Below, piece by piece: positions 8,974-17,211 of a stretch of 64,000 nucleotides of DNA (position 1 is the stretch's first letter; the number at the start of each line of letters is the position of its first letter). Source of the DNA: an uncultured bacterium (lineage in GTDB: Bacteria > Planctomycetota > UBA8108 > UBA1146); NCBI GenBank assembly GCA_938075155.1, contig CALJGL010000038.1, forward strand, positions 36,767-100,766, given 5' to 3'. Under the pieces are notes generated by a model. The model ran no database searches and had not been told where the DNA came from. It worked only from the letters and a program-made list of their open reading frames with translations. The translations under genes were made by a program, and so were the position numbers.

Positions 8974-10272
8974 TTAAATATCGTCACCATCTCCGTCGCA
9001 TCCCATTCCGTCTCCGTTTGTCGGATCAATGCCGAGATCCGGGAAGGGAGCAGGAGGAGGACTTCCGCCAGCGAACTGGTATGTGAAGACGTATACTGCG
9101 TCTCCGATTCCAATACCTGGTGAACCAGGACCAGCACTATCGTCGACGTCGCAAGCATCCAAGCATGGACCACTGCTACCACCGACGGGAGCTGACTGGA
9201 AAAGGTATGCAAGAATAGCGATACCATCTGCCAGGTCTACAAGCGAATCTCTGTTGCAGTCACCACGTACAAACGGGTTGAAATCGACAAGCTCGATGGA
9301 TCCGTCTACGAGGTTTGGTGTTTCACTGTAAGCTCCATCAACAATTCTGTTGGTAATCGGAGGGTTTCCAGCACTTGCGATAAAGGAAACAGGTGTGCTC
9401 AGAGGAGCAACATTAGATCCGAGATCTTGGCTGACAATGAATGAAAGTTGAAGAATCTCTTGGTCGTCTCCAACCGGGATTTCTTCAGCGAGCGAGAAAC
9501 TCATCACCATTCCGACGCCGACTGTTCCAGCCTCGGCAGTCTGGGAAACCTCAACGAAGTCAGCATTTTGTGCAACGCCTGTTGCCGTGGCCGCATCGAA
9601 AGTCAAAAGACTTTGGTCGAAAGAGGCAGCAATAGAAAGTCCATCGATGGGTCTCTCGGTGGTCACGAATACAGGTACGGAAGCAGATTGACCGACAACA
9701 CCAAAGCCAGAACCAATGGTCAAGAAGTTTGGACTCAGGACTTCGATAGTCGCATTCTGATGACTAGGCTGAACACTTTCTCCTGCGATTACCATGACGG
9801 TGGTCACTGGAGGATTTCCTGCAGTACAGAATTGTATCTCTGAAGAAGATCCCACTTCTCCAAGAGTTAAGTATTCGATATCGAGAAGTTCGAAATCGGT
9901 TGTTTCTCCCAAGGTTGCACACCCTGAGAAGCAGATCACAACGCCCTGAGTGACAGAGTCACTAGTAGTGTTGATCGTGTCAAAATCGGGAGCTGCCCCG
10001 TTCTTGACGAGTAGGGCGTCGGCGCCCATCGCTGTACCTAGAGGTGTGAGGTGGTTTTCATCATTACAAATACCAAGGCTCCAACCTTGAATACCAGACG
10101 TTTGTTGATTGTCTAGTTTCGCGGTTCGGACAACAGTTCCACCACCAAAGGCGGTTCCGTTCTCCAGTTTTACCGTGATATCTGGGTTTTGTGCATGAAC
10201 TGATACATTCAGTCCTGCAGAAAAAATCAGGAGAGCAATGAGTGAACTCCCGAACTTCTTGAGATTTAGCAT
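8974..10272 (-). CDS. Secreted scaffoldin-like protein: 2 cohesin-like modules + C-terminal dockerin with an atypical second loop
   Basis: Signal peptide MLNLKKFGSSLIALLIFSAGLNVSVHA; repeats GIQGWSLGICND and PIDGLSIAASFD; dockerin RGDCNRDSLVDLAD; RBS GGAAGG before ATG 10272. Confidence 0.8.
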   Translation of the reverse strand: MLNLKKFGSSLIALLIFSAGLNVSVHAQNPDITVKLENGTAFGGGTVVRTAKLDNQQTSGIQGWSLGICNDENHLTPLGTAMGADALLVKNGAAPDFDTINTTSDSVTQGVVICFSGCATLGETTDFELLDIEYLTLGEVGSSSEIQFCTAGNPPVTTVMVIAGESVQPSHQNATIEVLSPNFLTIGSGFGVVGQSASVPVFVTTERPIDGLSIAASFDQSLLTFDAATATGVAQNADFVEVSQTAEAGTVGVGMVMSFSLAEEIPVGDDQEILQLSFIVSQDLGSNVAPLSTPVSFIASAGNPPITNRIVDGAYSETPNLVDGSIELVDFNPFVRGDCNRDSLVDLADGIAILAYLFQSAPVGGSSGPCLDACDVDDSAGPGSPGIGIGDAVYVFTYQFAGGSPPPAPFPDLGIDPTNGDGMGCDGDGDDI

Positions 10273-10365
10273 CCCGCATTCCTTCCACGCCACCGAGTTA
10301 CATATTCGATGAGCTCGCTATAGAGTTACCTCGGTTACTAATCGAGGAGTTTGTTGATGAACTTC

Positions 10366-12216
10366 TTAAGGCTGATTCGTGCAGCCGGTGTCATTACTAT
10401 TACAAACAGGTAATTCGTCATCCGTAGGATCAGCCCCATTATCAAACGGTCCTGGATCTGGCGGAGTTGGTCCAAACTTGAACAACCAATTCATGACATA
10501 CACGGAGTCGGCAAGATTGATGATTCCGTCGTCATTGATGTCGCATGCATCTGGGCAGAGAATTGGAAGGCCTTGGAACTGAGAAGCAATAGTCGTCGCA
10601 GCATCTGCGAGGTCGACCTTGTCGTCGCTATTACAATCGCCCCTTTGGAAAATCTCTTCTGGAACGACGTTGATTCCTGTATCAATTCTTTCGTAGTCCT
10701 GAACGGATTGGTAATCGATGACTACGTTGTTGTAGAGTGAAACCGAACCATTACCGTTGATGTCGTCACAGAAGTAGATCTCCTGAAGTTCATTACACTC
10801 TGCGGACTCATCAACGGAGACTGAGATCGATCCTACCAACAAGTTTTCTGAGGTTGGTGGAAGGGTCTGACCTTCGAATGGTGGCAATGCATCCAAGAGT
10901 ATTGCGAGGATCAACTCACCGGTTTCTCCGTCGGAACAATCGTCATCCACTTGATGGTTAAGATATTCAGCACCTGTTTCCTCAACGATAGATCCGTCAA
11001 GACTAAAGGTGCCTGCTTCAATTGTCAGATCACAGTCGTAACAAATCGTGATGGTGAAACCCTGAATCTCATCGTCGGGATCACTGTAGAAAAGATTGAG
11101 TGTTCCCGTCATGCCTGAATGTGCGTAGTTGCCTACGGAACCATCAAAAACCGCATCTGCGGTCATAATGGTGTTGTGTTCAGGGGGAGGTTCAATGGCT
11201 TCACAAGTTAACTCACCCGCCTCGAGTGAAGGATTAAGAGACAATCCTTCAACAACGATGACATTTTCCAGAGGCGGATCGCCAATGTAATTGTTGATCG
11301 GAGTGAGTGGTGTAACCAGGTCGTTCTCAGGTAAGTAAATGATGCTATTGCAGCTGTAACGGAAGGTCGCTATTTGCTGATCAGTACCGAGAGGGATCAC
11401 TTGACCATCAAATGGAGGTTGGAAATCGAGAACGACACCAATCGTTCCACCGTCAGCATAGATGTTGGAAACTTCGAACTCGGCACCCACTGTTGATGTA
11501 ATCGTTCCATCGAGAGTGATTTCGTTGAGTGTCAAGTCATCCGGTCCATGGGCGATAGCTACTACGAATCCCTGAACAGCGCCGGTGCTGTTTGATAGCA
11601 AGATGGGAACATCCGCAATCGCAATACCGTCAGCAGGAATAGCACTAGAGCCCACTCTGAGATTGTCTGGTGGCGGAGGTGTCAGAGTGACTGTTCCATT
11701 ATTCAGTCCGAGTCCATCAGAGGCTCCAATGGACATTCCACCTTGAACAATAAGGTTTTCGAGTGGCGGTGAATTAAGAGTGCCATCAGTAAACACCAGG
11801 CTTGTCGACTGGTTGATGGAAGTCACGATTGTTGGCGAAAAGGTCAGAATACCCAATGACGACTGGCCGGGTGGAATCACCTGACCGTCGAATGGACTTT
11901 GTGCATCAAGAACGACTCCAAGAGTGATACCACTTTGGAGAATTTCTGCTGCTATTAGTTCTGCCCCGATGCTCGCCACATCAGACCCTTCCACTGTGAC
12001 ATTGGTGGCATTGAGCAAGGCTGAGTCGAAACCAATGGCTAAAACATAACCTTGGGTTTCGCTGTCGCTCTGCAGAACCACCTCTGTGCTGAACCCTGAT
12101 AGCCCCTGAGTTGTGGCATCCGCGATTGTGAGTGATTGTTGGCCGGTGACCTGGGAGGTCATGACGACACACATACACACAGCCGCGAACACCTGCTGGA
12201 TGCAGGTACCCATCAT
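10366..12216 (-). CDS. Secreted scaffoldin-like protein: 3 cohesin-like modules + C-terminal dockerin
   Basis: Signal-peptide-like N-terminus; repeats TQGYVLAIGFD, VQGFVVAIAHG, IQGFTITICYD, each followed by a D-x2-(S/P)PF-x-GQ-x-(I/L) loop; dockerin RGDCNSDDKVDLAD...DINDDGIINLAD. Start uncertain among ATGs at 12222/12216/12213. Confidence 0.8.
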   Translation of the reverse strand: MMGTCIQQVFAAVCMCVVMTSQVTGQQSLTIADATTQGLSGFSTEVVLQSDSETQGYVLAIGFDSALLNATNVTVEGSDVASIGAELIAAEILQSGITLGVVLDAQSPFDGQVIPPGQSSLGILTFSPTIVTSINQSTSLVFTDGTLNSPPLENLIVQGGMSIGASDGLGLNNGTVTLTPPPPDNLRVGSSAIPADGIAIADVPILLSNSTGAVQGFVVAIAHGPDDLTLNEITLDGTITSTVGAEFEVSNIYADGGTIGVVLDFQPPFDGQVIPLGTDQQIATFRYSCNSIIYLPENDLVTPLTPINNYIGDPPLENVIVVEGLSLNPSLEAGELTCEAIEPPPEHNTIMTADAVFDGSVGNYAHSGMTGTLNLFYSDPDDEIQGFTITICYDCDLTIEAGTFSLDGSIVEETGAEYLNHQVDDDCSDGETGELILAILLDALPPFEGQTLPPTSENLLVGSISVSVDESAECNELQEIYFCDDINGNGSVSLYNNVVIDYQSVQDYERIDTGINVVPEEIFQRGDCNSDDKVDLADAATTIASQFQGLPILCPDACDINDDGIINLADSVYVMNWLFKFGPTPPDPGPFDNGADPTDDELPVCNSNDTGCTNQP

Positions 12217-12399
12217 CTTCATCTCCTCTGCTTGCCTCTTTGGAGGCCCCCGCAAGAATATCTTCCCCCTCACGTCAGAATTTAGACGTGAGACTCTTCC
12301 CCACCGTGCTCGCTGCGGCGCAAGCTGAGATGGTATCTCCCCCTCAAGGGCGATTTACATAGTTTATTGACAAAGGTTTACAAGTCAAGCGCGATGGGA

Positions 12400-14448
12400 T
12401 TAACAACCAAGGTTGTCAATGAAGGAGGGATCTTCTCCCGGCTGAGGGAATGGTAAGGGAGGTGCGGCAGAACCACCGAATAGATAGAGCAAAGTGTATA
12501 TGGGGTCAGATATGTCCAAAGTACCGTCATCGTTGGCGTCTGCAGCATCCATGCACGTTGGAGTGCTTCCAGAAGAGTAGAGCCACATCGCGGTAAAGAT
12601 AGCGTCTGAGAGGTTGACCAGATTGTTTGAGTCCGAATCTCCGCGAAGGAAATCGGGACCGTCGCTGACGACCAATAGTTTGTAAAGAGTGTTAGTCCCG
12701 TACCCTGCCACGACAATTGTATTGCCGATGAGCTCGATGCCGGTCCAGGGAGTGCTGAGGTATTCGAGCGACTGGCCGATGGCCGCCATTGGCATGATGA
12801 AGTTCAAAGGAAATCCGAAGGACGTCAACTGACTCAGGCTTGTGGGTACGCCGCCATTATCGATGCCGACGAGCAAGGAACCATCTGCCAAAGTTGCTAT
12901 GCCCGTACTCATGATCAATCCTGAAGTTTGTGGGGGAGATATGGTTCCGAGAGGATTTCCTTCGAGTCCGTCTTCCGCTTCCATGCGCAAGATTTCAGAG
13001 TTCGAGCCTGATGGACTGCTGAATAGTAACCAATCGTTGGTTGAAGCATCAAAGGAGATGGACCTGATATTGTTGGACCCCGAAGGGAAAGAAGACAGAA
13101 CGGTACCTGTTAATGGATCGACGAAGGTCACCAAGCTGCTTCCCACTCTGCTGACCAGAAGAACGTCGAGCAATGAGTTGTATCCCACGCCGCGCAGATT
13201 CGTAAGCCCGGTATCGATGACTCTCTTTTGAACTAAGTCTGAACTAAAGACTCTGAGTTCACCTGAGAAACTATCGGTGACGTACAGGTCATCCATAGTC
13301 GTGTCGTAAGCAAGATCTTGTGGGAAGAAATTGGGAATCGAAAGGAACAGGGATAGTCCCCCCGGTGAGTTGTTCACGTTACACGACGAGGTGGACACGT
13401 TTGAGGCGAGGACTCCTTGAACCTGGTACAAGATTCCCGCTTCATTGGGAGCCGCATTATCACTCCAACTGTTTGCCGCACCGCTGATGGTGTCGATGAT
13501 GGCACCATTCCTTGTGATTCGAATCGTGCTGTAAATATTATTGATACCCGGTCCACAGTTTCTCCAGCTCAGGCTCACATTCCCTTCGCCGTCTGCGAGG
13601 CAGAGAAGGTCAGCAGGAGGAAGGATGGTACTTTGTGTGCTCTGAATCTCATAAATGTTGGATGAGGTGAGACCGTAAATCGAATCGGATCCCAAACCGT
13701 TGGCAATTCCGAGAAGTGTCTCCTCTTGTGGAATCGATTCGAGATTGACGTAGTGGCACAGAAGCTCACCCGTGGTGAGGTCTACGCTGCGCGTTTCAGC
13801 CACTGTGCTATCAAAAATGTCTCCGTAGGTGTAGTCGAGAATAGGATTTCCATTATCGAGGCGAATCTTGAGACCACTTCCAAATCGAACCACGTCGCCC
13901 GGTAGAGGTAAGGTGGAAAGAATGTCTCCACTCACGGGGTCGATTTCTATTGCGGAGTTTTCTTGGCGATTCAGGGACCAAAGTCTGCCATTGAGTGGGT
14001 TGATGGTCAGTCCTGAAGGAGTTCCTGAGAAGTTTAGTGATATAGGGGCACCTAGTGGATTACCGAGTGGATCCATTTGGACCAGCTCGAGTCCGGTAGA
14101 GTTCAGAATCCAGAATGAATCCGTGGAGGCTGAATAAGTGATCCCTGCGCACTGCGGTTGGAACAAAGGTGCCTGAGCGGCACCGACGGGGTGGTCGATC
14201 ATATTGGTGAGTGCCAGAGTACCAGAGGTATCGTAGACACAAATTTTGCCGCTGGTCGCATCGATGCTCCAGACCGTGGCATCTGCTGGTCTGACCGTCA
14301 TATCGACGGTATTGGGATTACTTCCACAAGAACTGGTCTGTTGCAGAAGAGCTCCATTTTGAGCGGACAAATTGTCGGTAAAAATTGGAAAGGTCAGCAA
14401 GATCGCCAGGCCCCAAAGCATGAGCTTAGAGCCGGTAATGATTCGCAT
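12400..14448 (-). CDS. Secreted protein: beta-propeller + FN3/Ig-like + second beta-propeller + C-terminal dockerin
   Basis: Signal peptide; blade-like repeats (AGITYSASTDSFWILN, SGLTINPLNGRLWSLN, QDLAYDTTMDDLYVTD, RGVGYNSLLDVLLVS); central VSLSW...IRITRNG...SWSD module; dockerin RGDSDSNNLVNLSD...DANDDGTLDISD. Confidence 0.75.
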   Translation of the reverse strand: MRIITGSKLMLWGLAILLTFPIFTDNLSAQNGALLQQTSSCGSNPNTVDMTVRPADATVWSIDATSGKICVYDTSGTLALTNMIDHPVGAAQAPLFQPQCAGITYSASTDSFWILNSTGLELVQMDPLGNPLGAPISLNFSGTPSGLTINPLNGRLWSLNRQENSAIEIDPVSGDILSTLPLPGDVVRFGSGLKIRLDNGNPILDYTYGDIFDSTVAETRSVDLTTGELLCHYVNLESIPQEETLLGIANGLGSDSIYGLTSSNIYEIQSTQSTILPPADLLCLADGEGNVSLSWRNCGPGINNIYSTIRITRNGAIIDTISGAANSWSDNAAPNEAGILYQVQGVLASNVSTSSCNVNNSPGGLSLFLSIPNFFPQDLAYDTTMDDLYVTDSFSGELRVFSSDLVQKRVIDTGLTNLRGVGYNSLLDVLLVSRVGSSLVTFVDPLTGTVLSSFPSGSNNIRSISFDASTNDWLLFSSPSGSNSEILRMEAEDGLEGNPLGTISPPQTSGLIMSTGIATLADGSLLVGIDNGGVPTSLSQLTSFGFPLNFIMPMAAIGQSLEYLSTPWTGIELIGNTIVVAGYGTNTLYKLLVVSDGPDFLRGDSDSNNLVNLSDAIFTAMWLYSSGSTPTCMDAADANDDGTLDISDPIYTLLYLFGGSAAPPLPFPQPGEDPSFIDNLGC

Positions 14449-14663
14449 TTTGGATTCGTAGTCACTGAATGGCGACGAAGGCATTCCAATTCCTCTCCAG
14501 AAGAATCTGTATGAGTAGCATGAGTCTCATGCAAGGATCCGCCTCAACAAGCAGGATTCATGGAATCAAGACTTGTCGAAGACGTACATCGAGGGGGGAT
14601 AGGCGGGCTGGAAGAGTGATCCCGATGCGTGATTTCGCAATAGGAACATTCAGACCATACATC

Positions 14664-14687
14664 CCTCAATGTAAACCTCATTGTAAC
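14664..14687. repeat. Tandem 12-bp direct repeat upstream of the scaffoldin cluster (possible operator)
   Basis: CCTCAATGTAAA CCTCATTGTAAC (10/12 identical), about 215 nt upstream of the first cluster gene. Confidence 0.4.
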
Positions 14688-14713
14688 GCTAGCAGAAAAG
14701 GTCGCAAGTGGGG

Positions 14714-16009
14714 TTAAGGGTAGATCCGATAAAGCATCCGCGGGAAAGGTACACATTCCCGAACATGCTCGATGCCAGCGAGCCAGCAAACCGTGCGCTC
14801 AACCCCAAGACCAAATCCACCATGTGGAACTGATCCGTATCGACGAAGGTCGAGGTACCAAGCAAAATCTTCCGGATCTAACTCATGCTCATGGATTCGT
14901 CCGAGCAGCGTTTCCAGTGAATCTTCACGTTGGCCGCCTCCGATGATTTCTCCGTAACCTTCCGGAGCTAATACGTCGACGCCGAGGGCTACTCTGGAAT
15001 CCTCGGGATCTCTCTTCATATAGAAGGCTTTCACCTCTTGAGGGTATCTATGAACCATCACAGGGGTGTCAAACCAAGACGAGATAATGGCTTCGTCTTT
15101 AGCTCCAAGATCGCCTCCCCACTCAAAGGCATGTCCCTCAGCATTCAGTCTTTCGACGGCTTCGCTGTAGGACAGTCTGGGGAAAGGGCCTGTGATCTTC
15201 TTAAGTATATCCACATCTCGTTCAAGTACTTCGAGGTCTTCTTTGCAATTCTCGATAACCCGAGTCGTGATTTTACAGAGCATCGATTCTGCAAGATTCA
15301 TGACGTCGTCAAGGTCTGCAAATGCCATTTCTGGTTCGAACATCCAAAACTCTGTCAGATGACGCCGCGTCTTTGATTTTTCTGCACGGAAGGTCGGGCC
15401 AAGACAATAGACATCTCCGAAAGCCATCGCAGCCGCTTCCATGTAAAGTTGGCCACTCTGCGTTAGATATGCCTTGTCATCGTCAAAGTAATCCACTTCA
15501 AAAAGTGTACTTGTTCCTTCACAGGAGTTCGGTGTGAAGATGGGTGCGTCGATACACTGGAAGCCTTGTTCATACATGTCATCTCGAATGGCACGAAGAA
15601 CTTCATTTCGGATATGCATCACTGCGACTTGTTTCTTTGAACGTAACCACAGGTGCCTATTCGAGAGAAGAAAGTCAGGCCCATGCTCTTGTTTGGAGAT
15701 GGGGTATTCCTCGGCTTCGCTGATCACTTCAACCTTTGTGGCATGAACTTCAACGCCACCCGGTGAACGTTCATCGGCATTGGCTTTGCCATGGATTTCG
15801 ATGGAGGACTCGTAGGGTATCTTTCCGATTTCGAGGAAGGCTTCTTCATCCATCTCTGCACGTGTGACGATGCACTGGACAATTCCTGAACCATCTCTCA
15901 GCAACAAAAAGTGGAACTTTTTGGAAGAGCGGCGGTTATAGAGCCAGCCACGAAGAACGACATCTTCGCCATTGGACTTGAGCAGATCCCTGACACGTGT
16001 TCTCGACAT
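14714..16009 (-). CDS. asnS: Asparagine--tRNA ligase
   Basis: OB-fold start (LRGWLYNRR...FLLLRDGSG), [57 protein letters not shown] 16009 with RBS GGAAGG. Confidence 0.95.
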   Translation of the reverse strand: MSRTRVRDLLKSNGEDVVLRGWLYNRRSSKKFHFLLLRDGSGIVQCIVTRAEMDEEAFLEIGKIPYESSIEIHGKANADERSPGGVEVHATKVEVISEAEEYPISKQEHGPDFLLSNRHLWLRSKKQVAVMHIRNEVLRAIRDDMYEQGFQCIDAPIFTPNSCEGTSTLFEVDYFDDDKAYLTQSGQLYMEAAAMAFGDVYCLGPTFRAEKSKTRRHLTEFWMFEPEMAFADLDDVMNLAESMLCKITTRVIENCKEDLEVLERDVDILKKITGPFPRLSYSEAVERLNAEGHAFEWGGDLGAKDEAIISSWFDTPVMVHRYPQEVKAFYMKRDPEDSRVALGVDVLAPEGYGEIIGGGQREDSLETLLGRIHEHELDPEDFAWYLDLRRYGSVPHGGFGLGVERTVCWLAGIEHVRECVPFPRMLYRIYP

Positions 16010-16157
16010 CGAAGTAGTCCCTTCCGGGGGGGCCATCGCAAATTGTTCTCACCGCTGAGGCGACCTATCGGGTTTAGGCTCGCACCTCACGATGGTGTCT
16101 ATTTCTTGAGCCCATTTAAGGACTTCATTTCTGATGGTGCCCAGACGTGGCTCTGAA

Positions 16158-16853
16158 TCAAGTTGATCCTTCAGACGAACCGGATTGCTGATACCAGCCT
16201 CCCTGGAGCAAATATTGTAAAACAGGGTCGGGGACCCCAAGTCCTTTGCTGAGAGTTGGGTTCTTGGATTCTTCAGGATTCGCAAGAAGGTGTCGAATTT
16301 GACTCGAAGAAACGTCTTGAGAGACGGCAGGAAGTGTCCATTCGCGGAACAACTTCCAGCGATCTTCCGAAATATAGGGGAAGTCTTCTCTGCACAGATA
16401 GTGCTTCTCCGAATCTTGTAGGGAGGATTTCGGCAAGGATCCGGGTCGTGGCGCAATCACTGGGATCGCGTGATTCCAAAGTTCTTCCGCAGATTTCCAC
16501 TGGGATATCGAAGAAGCATTGTCGGCTCCCACGATCCACAGGAGCAATGTGTCGGGATACAGGTCGGAGAGACTTTTGACAGTATCTACTGTGAAGGCGG
16601 GTCCGTTGCGCTGGAATTCAATATCTTCGACCACGAATCCAGGGACGTCTTTACAGACGATTCTGGTCATTTCCAGACGGGCTTCAGCGGGAGCTCGCGG
16701 GGGAGATTTGTGATGAGGAATCACGGGACAGGGGATCCAGAGGACCTTTTCTATGCCGGGATGAGCGAGGGCAGAAAAGGCGATGTCCACATGACCCTGA
16801 TGAACGGGATCAAAGACACCCCCAAAGAGGGCCAGTGCTGATTTTCTGGACAT
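16158..16853 (-). CDS. nadD: Nicotinate-nucleotide adenylyltransferase
   Basis: LFGGVFDPVHQGH (HXGH motif), GPAFTVDTV, WIVGAD, W...EEL, VSSSQIR. Confidence 0.9.
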   Translation of the reverse strand: MSRKSALALFGGVFDPVHQGHVDIAFSALAHPGIEKVLWIPCPVIPHHKSPPRAPAEARLEMTRIVCKDVPGFVVEDIEFQRNGPAFTVDTVKSLSDLYPDTLLLWIVGADNASSISQWKSAEELWNHAIPVIAPRPGSLPKSSLQDSEKHYLCREDFPYISEDRWKLFREWTLPAVSQDVSSSQIRHLLANPEESKNPTLSKGLGVPDPVLQYLLQGGWYQQSGSSEGST

Positions 16854-16874
16854 GTCTGCGCCGCCTTCGCTGAT

Positions 16875-16901
16875 CATGGATCCCATGGATCCCATGGGTC
16901 C
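16875..16901. repeat. Tandem 9-bp repeat CATGGATCC x2 + CATGGGTCC
   Basis: Three adjacent copies in the nadD/ald divergent region, producing stacked ATGs (MGSMGSM) upstream of nadD. Confidence 0.55.
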
Positions 16902-17211
16902 CTCTCCCTAACTTCCCCAGTGAGTTCTCCCGGGGGCTTGGGGACATCATCCGGTCTGGAACCGCTCCAATCCACATCCCCTGCGGCTTTTTTTACTCAG
17001 AATCGTCCTTTTGGAGGGGAGGAGACCCTCGCCATCGCTTGTCAGTCTAAGGCCTCCCTCGTAGAATCCGGATTCCGTATCGGATTCCCCGGGGTTCCGG
17101 GAGTCTTTTAGGATGGGATTGACCGTGTGCTCGAGAGTGGGTCTCCGAGTGCTTCTGTCGTGGAAAATCGGTTTTTCCCATCACTGAACTTTGAATAATA
17201 AGGAGAATCTA

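Noticed and set aside
6404-14448. Classical cellulose-degrading cellulosome
   Set aside because: No glycoside hydrolase, CBM3 or SLH module is visible in any cluster protein; only the assembly modules are supported.
16010-16157. T-box leader for asnS
   Set aside because: No T-box sequence (AGGGUGGNACCGCG-like) or long stem I; spacer too short.
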